Below are positions 17,942 through 26,827 of a DNA stretch of 64,000 nucleotides, piece by piece. The first letter of the stretch is position 1; each line of letters starts with the position of its first letter. The position numbers and the translations under genes were made by a program. Location of the stretch: the NCBI GenBank assembly GCA_963739615.1, contig CAVUBD010000001.1, positions 44,590-108,589 on the forward strand, given 5' to 3'. The DNA is from an uncultured Actinomycetes bacterium (GTDB lineage Bacteria > Actinomycetota > Actinomycetes > Streptosporangiales > Streptosporangiaceae). A model generated the notes under the pieces. The model did no database searches, was not told where the DNA came from, and was given only the letters and a program-made list of their open reading frames with translations.

Positions 17942-18472
17942 TTAGGGGACTGCCTGTCCGTTCAGGCGGGTGAACCAGGCCGCGATCGACCGCTTGTAGC
18001 CGTCAGGCATGACCAGGCCGGGCACCTCGCCGGGACCGAACAGCCCGGCCCGCTTGTGCTCATGGCTGACGACAGGGGGGCCGGTGCTGATGACGTGGCA
18101 GCCGTAGGTGACCACCACCACGTCGCGGCCCTGACTGATGTGATACTGCCAGCAGTCCAGCAGCGGCCCGGCCGTCACCTTCCAGCCGGCCTCCTCACCG
18201 ATCTCGCGCACCACGCAATCGACAGGGTCTTCCCCGAGTTCGAGCTTGCCGCCGGGCAGCTCCCACTCGCCCCGCTCGTTCTCCAGCAGCAGCACCTTCC
18301 CGGCCTGGACACTCACGCCCTTGACCGACACCGGGAACGTGCGCCCGGCCTCACCGCCCCGCACGGGCGCGCTCGCGCTCACCTGCCTGCTCAACTCCTT
18401 CGGCCGCCGCACCTCACCCGACCCTACACGGCAACCTGGTGCACCCGCCGGACGGGCGTGACAGATTGTCAC
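17942..18472 (-). CDS. NUDIX hydrolase
   Basis: Nudix box GGKLELGEDPVDCVVREIGEEAG. The N-terminal part of the 332-aa track ORF looks non-coding, so the start is uncertain (GTG at 18472 or 18382). Confidence 0.8.
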   Translation of the reverse strand: MTICHARPAGAPGCRVGSGEVRRPKELSRQVSASAPVRGGEAGRTFPVSVKGVSVQAGKVLLLENERGEWELPGGKLELGEDPVDCVVREIGEEAGWKVTAGPLLDCWQYHISQGRDVVVVTYGCHVISTGPPVVSHEHKRAGLFGPGEVPGLVMPDGYKRSIAAWFTRLNGQAVP

Positions 18473-18538
18473 TAGCCATCGCCGCCAGCTAGCCGCACCC
18501 TTTCGGTAACAGCACCGTGAAACGCCGCAGGAGCAGCG

Positions 18539-19304
18539 ATGGACACCTTCTACGCCTACCACGCCGACATCCTCGACCCGGACCAGCAGCCGCGCGTCAT
18601 CGCGCTGCTGCGCGAGCACGGCCTGGTGACCTTCACCGGGATCACCGACCGCACCACGCTGGCCAACGCGGCACGCGCGCTGATGAGCATCCGGCCGCAC
18701 CGTGACGCCGGGCCGGACGGGGTGACCGTGATTACCGACACCCGGACCAGGGACCCCGGCTACGCCGCGTTCACCGACGCTGAGCTGATCCCGCATACCG
18801 ACGGGACCAGCCTGCCCGACCCGCCCGGCCTGCTCCTGCTGGCCTGCCAACAGCCCGCCAGCCAGGGTGGGGCCACGCTGCTCGCCGACGCCGCCCGGAT
18901 CACCGCGACCCTCGCCGGGCAGCACCCCGCCGCCCTGCAAGCGCTATCCGCGCCACGAGCCGCCCACTTCGGCACCGCAGGCGGATACCTCGGCCCCGTC
19001 TGCGACCGCCGGCCCCGGCCGGGCACGCATCCGGCTCCGCCTCGATGACCTGGCCATGTTCTCCGCCGACGCCACCCCGGTCATCCCGTTGCTCCGTGCC
19101 GCGATCACCCAGCACCTGCATGCTGTCCAGCTCCGCGCCGGGCAGGGCCTGCTGGTCAGCAACACCCGCTGGCTGCACGGCCGCGACCGCTACACCGGCC
19201 CACGCGTCATGCTCCGCATCCTGGGCGATCCCCTCCCCGGCACTGGTATCCAGCCCGGATTTTCCGTGCCGACGCCCGGTACGCAGACGGCACAAGCAGC
19301 GTGA
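18539..19304 (+). pseudogene. TauD/TfdA-family Fe(II)/2-oxoglutarate dioxygenase, split by a frameshift near 19008-19024
   Basis: ORF 18539-19048 carries IPHTDG (HxD). ORF 18867-19304 carries RIRLRLDD...NTRWLHGR (distal His). The frames join in a run cgccggccccggccggg. This could be a sequencing indel. Confidence 0.7.
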
Positions 19305-19521
19305 CAATGGCTCCGGTGCCGCGCCACGCAGCGGACCAGCACCCCGGCTATGGCTGGTCAGATACGCTGGCCCGGCCACCACCGCGCGCTTCTCATCCTT
19401 ACTGCCTGTCCGCTGAACCGTGAACGGGCACACGAACCGCAGCGGCGGAGCCACCGACGCGGGAATGAGAAGAACCCCCGCGCAACCCGCGCACGGGGGG
19501 TCTCCTTGGTTCCTGGCCCCG

Positions 19522-19719
19522 TTACTTCGGTTCGCGTCCCCGCTTTATCGCCTCGGTGAACGCGCGCCACCCGGAGGCGGGTACGGTCAGCCTTGGTCCT
19601 CCGGGGTTCTTGGAATCGCGGACCAGTCGCGTGGAGTCGGGCAGGGTGGCTACTTCGACGCAGTTCCCGCCCGAGGAACCACTCCTCTTTGCCTTGACCC
19701 ATTTCAAGCTATCGCTCAT
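19522..19719 (-). CDS. DUF397 (BldB-like) small protein
   Basis: WVKAKRSGSSGGNCVEVATLPDSTRLVRDSKNPGGPRLTVPASGWRAF is the classic DUF397 pattern. Confidence 0.85.
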   Translation of the reverse strand: MSDSLKWVKAKRSGSSGGNCVEVATLPDSTRLVRDSKNPGGPRLTVPASGWRAFTEAIKRGREPK

Positions 19720-20525
19720 CGCAGTTCACTCCTGACATTGCGTATCAAGGCTGCGGATTCACGTACCGGCAGTGCCGCTGCACGGAGCAGCGACAGTACC
19801 GTCATCAAGTCCGCGACCTCGGCCTGGGCTTCTACGATCCTGCCACCCCGGTGACACTCGGTGTACCCCACCGCAGGCGCGTCGTCGAAATCGTAGACGG
19901 AGATGGACCCCTCAACCCCAGCGTGATCGTGTGCGGTGAACGGCAGGACCTGAACCATGATCCCAGGTCGCTCGGCGCTGGCCAGGAGCTTGTCCAACTG
20001 CTCAGCCATCACGTCAGGACTTCCGATCACATGCCGCAGGACACCCTCATGGATCACATACCACAGCATCGGCGGGGCCTCGGCCGACAGGATCTCCTGC
20101 CGTCCCATCCGCGCCTCAACCGTGCGCTCCACAGCGTCGTCGCTGGCGGCCGGTCGGCCTGCACGGATGACAGCCCGCGCATACGCCTCGGTCTGGAGCA
20201 GTCCCGGTACCGCGCCGAGATCCCAGCTATGAATACGGGCCGCCGAGCGCTCGAACTCGACCACTGGAGCGAAGAACGCGGGGTAGGACTCCTGGACGAC
20301 CTGCACCTGCCAGCGCGCGAACGTCCCAGGTGCGCCGGTAGCGACGTCGCATGCCTGGGCGAAGGTCGGGCTCGGTGCGCGCACGCACTGTTCGACCGCC
20401 GCCACCAGCGCGAGGCTGTGGCCGATCCTGTCCGCGAATTCCTTCTGCGTCAGGCTCAGCAGCGCACGCCATGCCTTCAGTTCCTCGGCGTATCTCTTCG
20501 CCGCAGAATCGGACATATTACTCAT
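19716..20525 (-). CDS. WhiJ-like XRE-family regulator (HTH + DUF5753-type C-terminal domain)
   Basis: LSLTQKEFADRIGHSLALVAAVEQ HTH, and LLQTEAYARAVI in the C-terminal domain. Overlaps the DUF397 gene by 4 bp. Confidence 0.85.
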   Translation of the reverse strand: MSNMSDSAAKRYAEELKAWRALLSLTQKEFADRIGHSLALVAAVEQCVRAPSPTFAQACDVATGAPGTFARWQVQVVQESYPAFFAPVVEFERSAARIHSWDLGAVPGLLQTEAYARAVIRAGRPAASDDAVERTVEARMGRQEILSAEAPPMLWYVIHEGVLRHVIGSPDVMAEQLDKLLASAERPGIMVQVLPFTAHDHAGVEGSISVYDFDDAPAVGYTECHRGGRIVEAQAEVADLMTVLSLLRAAALPVRESAALIRNVRSELR

Positions 20526-20535
20526 CCTTACATCT

Positions 20536-20711
20536 GAAATCTAAACCATACAGCTAGAAATCTAAGTCTTACACAGTTAGCGTCAGCGCTGTAATGCCTT
20601 GAAGGAACGCATTCAGCGCTGCCAGGGTGGCAAACGGGATCACGTACCCGGCGTAACCTCCGGTCCTCCTGGCCCGGACGGTCTGGGCAATCCGCGCCGG
20701 TACGTGATCCC
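20536..20711. promoter_or_regulatory. Structured divergent intergenic region (direct and inverted repeats)
   Basis: GAAATCTAA occurs at 20536-20544 and 20557-20565, a 21-bp spacing. A 13-bp inverted repeat GGGATCACGTACC (20636-20648) / GGTACGTGATCCC (20699-20711) and an imperfect hairpin at 20586-20619 are also present. Confidence 0.45.
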
Positions 20712-20774
20712 CCGGCAGATGACCAGAAAAGCGCGCCGGACTAAAGCACCGCTGCGAGGAAGGAGCCGGGCCGG

Positions 20775-21260
20775 ATGACTCAGGCGAAGCCCGCGACGCG
20801 GGTCTGCGGTGCCTGTAACGAGACCCTCCTGTCCGGGTACAACCCGGGCACCGTGTGCGCCCCGTGCCAGCGGGCACTGTTCGCGGCCCGGGAGCTGAGC
20901 GACCCGGACGGCCCGCCTGGCCTGGCCGGGTGGGTGTGGGATACCGAGCCGATGCGCCGGGCGCTGGCCCGGCTGGATTTCCCCGCCGTGCTGGTGATTT
21001 ACCGGTCGGCGGCGCGGCTGTCGCGGCGGGAACTTGGCGAGCCGATCGGGCTTTCGCACAGCGTGATCTGGTACTACGAGGCGGGCGCGCGGCAGGGGAT
21101 TTATGACATCCGGCAGTTGCTGCACTTCGCCGACGCTGTGCAGATGCCGCGCGAGGCGCTGCTGCCGGTGATCCTCGGCCAGCCGTGCAGCCTGGGTGAG
21201 CTGCTGGCCGAATCGGTGACGGCAGCACCCCAGATGGCCAGCGCGGCAGGCCGGCCATGA
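20775..21260 (+). CDS. HTH (XRE-like) protein with an N-terminal Cys4 zinc ribbon
   Basis: CGACN...CAPC, then LSRRELGEPIGLSHSVIWYYEAG. First of four overlapping genes. Confidence 0.75.
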   Translation: MTQAKPATRVCGACNETLLSGYNPGTVCAPCQRALFAARELSDPDGPPGLAGWVWDTEPMRRALARLDFPAVLVIYRSAARLSRRELGEPIGLSHSVIWYYEAGARQGIYDIRQLLHFADAVQMPREALLPVILGQPCSLGELLAESVTAAPQMASAAGRP

Positions 21261-22174
21261 CCGGCCCGGCAGGCCCGGCAGTCACGCCGGATGCGCAGGT
21301 AGCGGCCGGGAGCAAGGGGTTCAAGGCCGAGCTGGACGGGCTGCGGGAGCGAATGCGCGGCCTGGGGTTCAGCTATGACGAGATCGCGGCCGAGATCGGC
21401 CGCCGGTACCGGCTGCGCCCGCGTCCGGCGTACCGGCTGGCCTGGGGCTGGAGCCTGGACCAGGCGGCGGCCCGGTTCAACGACCGTGCCGCCCGTCAGG
21501 ACGCGGACCCTGATGCCCGCGCGAGCTTGATCGCCAGCAGGCTGTCGGAGTTCGAGCACTGGCCGCGCAGCAGCCGCAAGCCCTCGGTGTACGTGCTGGT
21601 CATGCTGGCCGAGATCTACCAGACCGATGTGCTGTGCCTGCTGGACCTGGCCGACCATGAGAGCTTGCCGCAGCAGGACCGGCTGGTGCTGCTGCGCCGC
21701 CCGCGCGCCGCGACGCCGTTCGGGGAGAAGGTCGTCGCGCTGATGGAGGCGCGGGGCCTGTCGGCGGCGGAAACCGCGCGGCGGGTCTCGTGCAGCGCGG
21801 GCTACCTGTGCAACGTGATCCACGGCCGCAAACGCCCATCCCGGCGGGTCGCGGCCCGCCTGGATGAGGTGCTGGCGGCGGGCGGGGACCTGGTCACGCT
21901 CGCGGAGACAGCCGAGGTCGTGACCGGCGACGATGACCCTGCCGCGTCCGGGAATCCTCACGGCCAGGCTCCCGGCATACGGGTCGCGATGGGCGAGGGC
22001 ATGTCGCTGTCGCTGCCCTACGTCCCCGGCCGCCTGGTGATCGAGATATCCGGCCCGGCTGAGGCCACGGCACAACTCGCGGGCGGCGGCGATGACCGCA
22101 CGGCGGCCGGCGGGCGGCTCGCGCTGGTCCCGCGAACGGACGGCACCAGCGGGACGGAGGTGACCGGCGCATGA
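21257..22174 (+). CDS. HTH-domain protein (two HTH-like segments) with a C-terminal GRLVIEISG motif
   Basis: Start overlaps the previous stop (ATGA). LSAAETARRVSCSAGYLCNVIHGRKRP HTH; C-terminal SLSLPYVPGRLVIEISGP. Confidence 0.75.
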   Translation: MTGPAGPAVTPDAQVAAGSKGFKAELDGLRERMRGLGFSYDEIAAEIGRRYRLRPRPAYRLAWGWSLDQAAARFNDRAARQDADPDARASLIASRLSEFEHWPRSSRKPSVYVLVMLAEIYQTDVLCLLDLADHESLPQQDRLVLLRRPRAATPFGEKVVALMEARGLSAAETARRVSCSAGYLCNVIHGRKRPSRRVAARLDEVLAAGGDLVTLAETAEVVTGDDDPAASGNPHGQAPGIRVAMGEGMSLSLPYVPGRLVIEISGPAEATAQLAGGGDDRTAAGGRLALVPRTDGTSGTEVTGA

Positions 22175-22632
22175 CGGTGCAGGCCGTCCAGGGCGAGATG
22201 CCGCTGGGCGCATGGCTGCGCCGGCAGCGCGAGGCCCGGGGCTGGAGCAGGCGCGAGCAGGCCCGCCGGCTGATCCAGGCCGGCCGGGACGCCGGGGACA
22301 CCGCCATGCCCAGCGTGGACGACATGGCCCGCAACACCCGCCGCTGGGAACGAGGCGACAACGAGCCCACCGAACGGTACAAGCTGTATTACTGCAAGAC
22401 CTTCGAGATTCCCGCCACCGGGTTCGGCGCCACGGCACCCGGGACTGACGCGCTCTCCCCGATAGCAACGGTCAATGCCCACGGGCTCTCGGTGTCACTG
22501 GGGTACGTGTCCGGCCGGCTGGTGATCGAGATCTCCGGCCTGGATACCGAGGACGGGGAACCGGAGCCAGGACCCGGGCTGTCGCTGGTCAGGTCACAGG
22601 ACCCGCCGAGGCAGTACGGCGGGCGGGCATGA
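22171..22632 (+). CDS. XRE-family HTH protein with a C-terminal GRLVIEISG motif
   Basis: Overlapping start. LGAWLRRQREARGWSRREQARRL HTH; C-terminal SVSLGYVSGRLVIEISGL. Confidence 0.75.
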   Translation: MTVQAVQGEMPLGAWLRRQREARGWSRREQARRLIQAGRDAGDTAMPSVDDMARNTRRWERGDNEPTERYKLYYCKTFEIPATGFGATAPGTDALSPIATVNAHGLSVSLGYVSGRLVIEISGLDTEDGEPEPGPGLSLVRSQDPPRQYGGRA

Positions 22633-23171
22633 ACGAGCAGACCCAGCCGGTACCGGTGACCGGTGCCGGGCACCCGCTGAGGCGGGTCCGGTTGCGCCGT
22701 GGCCTGACCCAGGTGGAGCTGGCCGGGCTGGCGGGCCTGTCGTACTCCTACATCTCGATGATCGAATGCGGCCGGCGCAAGCTCACCCGGCGCGATCACG
22801 TCAACGCGCTCGCTACCGCGTTGCGGGTGCCGCCGGCTGAGATAGCACCGAGCATGATCGCCGGATCTGGCGAGTGGGCGCCAGCGCCCGCGTCGGCGTG
22901 CGCGTTCCCGCCGGCCGGCGATGACATCACCATGGCCCGGCACCGGGACCTGGCCGGGCGGTTCATCGGCCATGTGATCAGCGGTGACACCTGCGCGGCC
23001 GGGGCGTGGCTGCGCCGCCTGGCGCGCGACCCGGACGTGAACCCCTGGCTGCTGCTAGATCAGCTCACCGCCGCAGAGCACGCCGTACCCGGCCTGAGTG
23101 TGCGCCCGTCCGGGGGGAACCGGGCGCGCGTGATATCCGCCGACAGCACCGGGCGGGGGCGGGCTGGCTGA
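22629..23171 (+). CDS. XRE-family HTH protein
   Basis: Overlapping start. LRRGLTQVELAGLAGLSYSYISMIECGRRKL. Confidence 0.8.
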   Translation: MNEQTQPVPVTGAGHPLRRVRLRRGLTQVELAGLAGLSYSYISMIECGRRKLTRRDHVNALATALRVPPAEIAPSMIAGSGEWAPAPASACAFPPAGDDITMARHRDLAGRFIGHVISGDTCAAGAWLRRLARDPDVNPWLLLDQLTAAEHAVPGLSVRPSGGNRARVISADSTGRGRAG

Positions 23172-23191
23172 ATGCGATAGGGGAGATCACC

Positions 23192-23740
23192 ATGTGCGGC
23201 ACCATCGGTACCGCCAGGCAGACAGGCGGGCAGGCCCGTCATGACGACCGCCCGCCCGGTACTGCGGCGCGGATTCCGCCGCTTGCGGACCCGCAGGGCA
23301 ACGACATTACTGCCGGCTGGCCGCTGCGGAGCTTCCTGGAGCTGGGCGCACTCCCCAGCGCCGTGCCGTGCGCCCGCCTGCATACCCGGCACCTGCTCTG
23401 GGAATGGCAGCTCACAGACCTGACCGACAGCGCCGAACTGCTCGTCTCGGAGATCGTGACGAATGCGGTACAGATAACGCAGGCCGACGGGCGCACCGCC
23501 CCGGTGCGGCTCTGGCTGCTGGCCGACCAGGCGCGGCTCCTGATCTTGGTGTGGGACGCGAATCCTCTCCCCCCGGTGCGCGTGAGTACCAGCGCCGACA
23601 CCGAGAACGGGCGCGGCCTGCTATTGGTGGAAACCCTCAGCGCACGATGGGATCACTTCCCGCACCACAGCGGCGGGAAGGTGGTGTGGGCACTACTAGG
23701 GGCTCTATTGCAACCAGTACAACCGAGTACCCGCAGGTAG
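23192..23740 (+). CDS. HATPase_c-type ATP-binding protein (anti-sigma-factor/RsbW-like, WhiJ-cluster type)
   Basis: ATG at 23192 after GGGGAG. SELLVSEIVTNAV (N-box) and DTENGRGLLLVETLSARW (G1-like). Confidence 0.8.
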   Translation: MCGTIGTARQTGGQARHDDRPPGTAARIPPLADPQGNDITAGWPLRSFLELGALPSAVPCARLHTRHLLWEWQLTDLTDSAELLVSEIVTNAVQITQADGRTAPVRLWLLADQARLLILVWDANPLPPVRVSTSADTENGRGLLLVETLSARWDHFPHHSGGKVVWALLGALLQPVQPSTRR

Positions 23741-23810
23741 ACACTAAGACAGAGACCGCCAGCGCGCCTGCCAGTCAAGTGCCGGACGGTTATAGGCCGC
23801 GTGTGACCCG

Positions 23811-24023
23811 CTACCCATGCTTATGCAACAGCCTACCCAGCGCATCACGCTGCCGCTGGCTCAGCGGGCCGAGGCTATCCACGACCCGCGCTATCCACTC
23901 TCGGTCATCATCCGAGAGCTGATACCTGGGATCAGCGCAGGCAGAGCAGCATTCCGGCGGGTCCGTCCCCGAACGGCAGGCTGACCGCCGGCTCGCCTGC
24001 GGTGTGCCGGAAGTCCCTGCCAC
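23811..24023 (-). CDS. Small conserved hypothetical protein; paralogue of 13509-13730
   Basis: 70 aa. Shares the DDREW...SLGPL..QRD.LG.LL.K C-terminus with the other copy. Confidence 0.5.
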   Translation of the reverse strand: MAGTSGTPQASRRSACRSGTDPPECCSACADPRYQLSDDDREWIARVVDSLGPLSQRQRDALGRLLHKHG

Positions 24024-24088
24024 GCATCACCCGGACAGGCGTAGGGTGGCTGGTGACGGGGGCGCAGCGGGGAATCCGGCCAAATGTG

Positions 24089-24154
24089 TGTCACAATCCC
24101 GTAACGGGCTTGCCGACACCGGTACGCATCGCATGCCACCTGACCTGTGAAAAC
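24089..24154 (+). repeat. Copy A of a ~66-nt diverged repeat
   Basis: tgtcacaatcccgtaacgggcttgccgacaccggtacgcatcgcatgccacctgacctgtgaaaac aligns by eye at roughly four-fifths identity with 25423-25488, in the same orientation. Confidence 0.7.
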
Positions 24155-24233
24155 AAGCTAGTTCACCGCGATGTTGATGCCAGCGGGCGCGAGGAAGCCG
24201 GAGTGAGTGACTTTGTGCCTAGAGTGGACTCTC

Positions 24234-24521
24234 ATGGGGCGGGTGATCTTCATGTGCGGTCCGGCCGGATCGGGAAAGTCCACGGTCGCCCAGAGATACG
24301 AGCGGCGGGGCATGACGCGGCTGTCGTTTGACCAGGAGGCGTGGTCTCGCGGCATCACCACGATGCCCCTGCCGCCCGATGTGCACCGCGACATCGAGGG
24401 CCTGCTACGCGCCCGCCTGGTGGAGCTCGTGCGTGCCGGGGCGGACGTGGTCGCGGAGGCGTGGCGCAGGGCCGGCCGCCGCCACACCGCCCTCACCCGC
24501 CGCCTCCAGGCCCTTGCTTAG
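24234..24521 (+). pseudogene. P-loop ATPase/kinase (AAA_33-like), C-terminally degenerate
   Basis: MGRVIFMCGPAGSGKSTVAQRYE Walker A. Only ~95 aa and the expected downstream motifs are missing. Confidence 0.55.
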
Positions 24522-24604
24522 CATGCCTGCATCGCAGTTCCCCGTGCGGGCGCGCTACGGTGGGACAAATCCGATGTCGTTGAGCGCCCGGCCGGAGGAT
24601 AGCG

Positions 24605-25189
24605 GTGGCAACCCCGAGTTCCTGGTTCGAGGGATTCCCCGACCAGATCACAGCCGAGGACTACGCTGCGCTGCCGGAGGAGTTCTGCAAGACCATCGAA
24701 GTGATCGACGGCCACGTGGTCAAGTGCGAGAGCCCGTCGCGGGTACACAACCGGGTCGCGCTGAACCTGGCGATCGCATTCAAGGCGGGGCGCAAGCCTG
24801 AGCCGTGCCTCATGGTTGACACGGACATCGACGTCCGGATCACGGACGTGCCGCTGAACATCCGGCAACCGGATGTCACCGTCTCCCGCTGCATACCAGA
24901 CAGCGAACGGCTCTACAGCCGTGACGTGGTGCTCGTGGCTGAAGTGGTCTCGCCGGGAAGCTCGTTGAAGACGGACACCGTCGACAAGAAGGCCGTCTAC
25001 GCCGATGCCGGCATCTCGACCTACCTGATCGTCTTCTTGAACGAGGGTCAGGACGGGGTCGAGAAGATCGAGGAGTACTGGCTTGAGCCTACGGGCGTCT
25101 ACCGTCTCGTGCAGATCCACACCCGCCGGCTCACGATGGAAAACCCGATCCCGCTCGACGTGCGGTTCGGTGAACTGAACCTGGCGTAG
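24605..25189 (+). CDS. Uma2-family (DUF820) putative endonuclease
   Basis: 194 aa. YAALPEE...EVIDG, QPDVTV and VAEVVSPGS...D..KK..YA.AGI match the Uma2 pattern. Confidence 0.85.
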   Translation: MATPSSWFEGFPDQITAEDYAALPEEFCKTIEVIDGHVVKCESPSRVHNRVALNLAIAFKAGRKPEPCLMVDTDIDVRITDVPLNIRQPDVTVSRCIPDSERLYSRDVVLVAEVVSPGSSLKTDTVDKKAVYADAGISTYLIVFLNEGQDGVEKIEEYWLEPTGVYRLVQIHTRRLTMENPIPLDVRFGELNLA

Positions 25190-25422
25190 GATCACGCCCG
25201 ATTGCCGACGGCCGGGCGCTCCACAATAAGGGCATGCCGCCCACTCCCGCCCCAGTCCGGCGCCACCACAGCCGGACCAGCCGTGCGTTGCGGTGCTGGA
25301 CGGCGTCCTCAAACGGGTCTGCAACCCCGAGACCGGCTACACGATCGCCCGCATCAGGGCCGGTAGGGCCCGAAGACGCGCCGTCCGGGTTGCTGACTGA
25401 CCGCCTGTTTAGCGGCAATAAA

Positions 25423-25488
25423 TGTCTCAATTCCGTTACCGGCTTGCCGGCTCCGTTGCGCATCCTATGCCGTCTGACCAGGTGAAAC
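25423..25488 (+). repeat. Copy B of the ~66-nt diverged repeat
   Basis: tgtctcaattccgttaccggcttgccggctccgttgcgcatcctatgccgtctgaccaggtgaaac; see copy A. Confidence 0.7.
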
Positions 25489-25795
25489 CGACAACCGTGC
25501 CACCCGGTAGGCGACAGACGGGTGGCTTAGGCGGCGAGCGCGAGAACCGCCGATCCGGCGGCAGTGAATAGCGACGTAGCTCTGCCGTGTTCAGCGGCCG
25601 GGTCATGACACGGAGTGCTCGTTGAATAAGCGGGCCGACCTCAGCTTCGAACATCCACGCCGAACCGTCGTAGCTGCCGGTAGCGACCCGGGTGCCGTCC
25701 GGGCTGAGCGCCACCGCGTTCACATCGCCGTCGTGGTCAAGGCCGGCTCGTGTTGCCGGGTGGATGCGCCACCGGTCACTAGATCAGCGCGCAAG
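25436..25795 (-). pseudogene. C-terminal fragment of a WD40-repeat protein
   Basis: DHDGDVNAVALSPDGTRVATGSYDGSAWMFE is a single WD40 blade plus tail. There is no upstream gene body. Confidence 0.65.
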
Positions 25796-25964
25796 AAGAC
25801 ATCAACACCTCCGCCCCGGGCCTGCACCCCACACGGACCTATCGCCTAACAGTGAACAGGCCCACCCCATCCTGACCTGGTTCGATGCGGCAGGATAGGA
25901 CTACCTGGGCGCGTATCGGGCGTGCGCAGAACACTCTTTACTGGAGCACCATACATAGCCCCTG

Positions 25965-26598
25965 GTGCCGACCGGATTTCCGTCATATCCGTTCGATGCA
26001 CGGCCTGTCGCCTCATCCTCGATTGATGACCTTGATCTCCGCCGGTTCCGCGAGGAGATCCTTCCCCAGCTCGTTGCGGATGACGTACTCCGGGAGAATA
26101 GGCGTTCGATACAGCAGCAGCTAGCGTCGCTCCGGCTGGTCACATCCTCAGAGCTTCAGCCCACCCCCACGGGACTGCTCCTAATCGGCCACGAGCCGGA
26201 GGCGCACCTGCCAGGTTCATACGTACAATTCCTCCGATTTGACGGTGCACAGCTAAGTGATCCGATACTTAGCGAGCACCGCATATCCGGCACGATCCAA
26301 GACACGGTGCTGGACGTGGAGGAGATCCTCCGCGCTAATATCGATACGGTTGTGCAGTTTGCAGGTCTTCCAAGAGAACAGCGGAAATCGTCCGTTCCAT
26401 TTGAGGCACTTCAGCAACTGCTCAGGAACGCGCTGTTGCACAGGACTTACGAGGCAAGCAACGCTCCGGTTCGCGTCGCCTGGTTCGATGACCGGGTGGA
26501 GATCCACTCGCCTGGAGGCCCCTTCGGGCAGGTGACGATCGAGACCATCGGCCAGCCGGGGCTGACGGATTACCGAAATCCGACACTTGCAGTGCTGC
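25965..26598 (+). pseudogene. Fragment of an AlbA_2/HATPase_c_4-type putative DNA-binding ATPase (RecG-like annotation family)
   Basis: LLRNALLHRTYEASNAPVRVAWFDDRVEIHSPGGP and DYRNPTLA are the central part of this family. The N-terminal AlbA_2 domain and C-terminal HTH are missing. Local GC is lower. Confidence 0.6.
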
Positions 26599-26691
26599 CT
26601 GCCCCGCTCCCGATAGAATTACACCAGTGCATGAGGGATCCGGGAGGTGGTTGGCGGTGCGGCTGGGTCAGCTGCCGCTGCCGTGGCTGCC

Positions 26692-26826
26692 GGAAGGCGC
26701 GATCAAGATCGTGCCGGGGATCGGCGTGCCGATTTCTGCCGGTTCACCGAGGACGGCATGATCTGCGAGCACTGGAGCCTGATCGACGTCGCCGCCATGA
26801 TGCGGCAGCTAGGCGCGAGCGGCTGA
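26692..26826 (+). pseudogene. C-terminal fragment of a SnoaL-like/ester-cyclase protein
   Basis: FCRFTEDGMICEHWSLIDVAAMMRQLGASG followed by a stop. No N-terminal part. Confidence 0.4.
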
Positions 26827-26827
26827 C

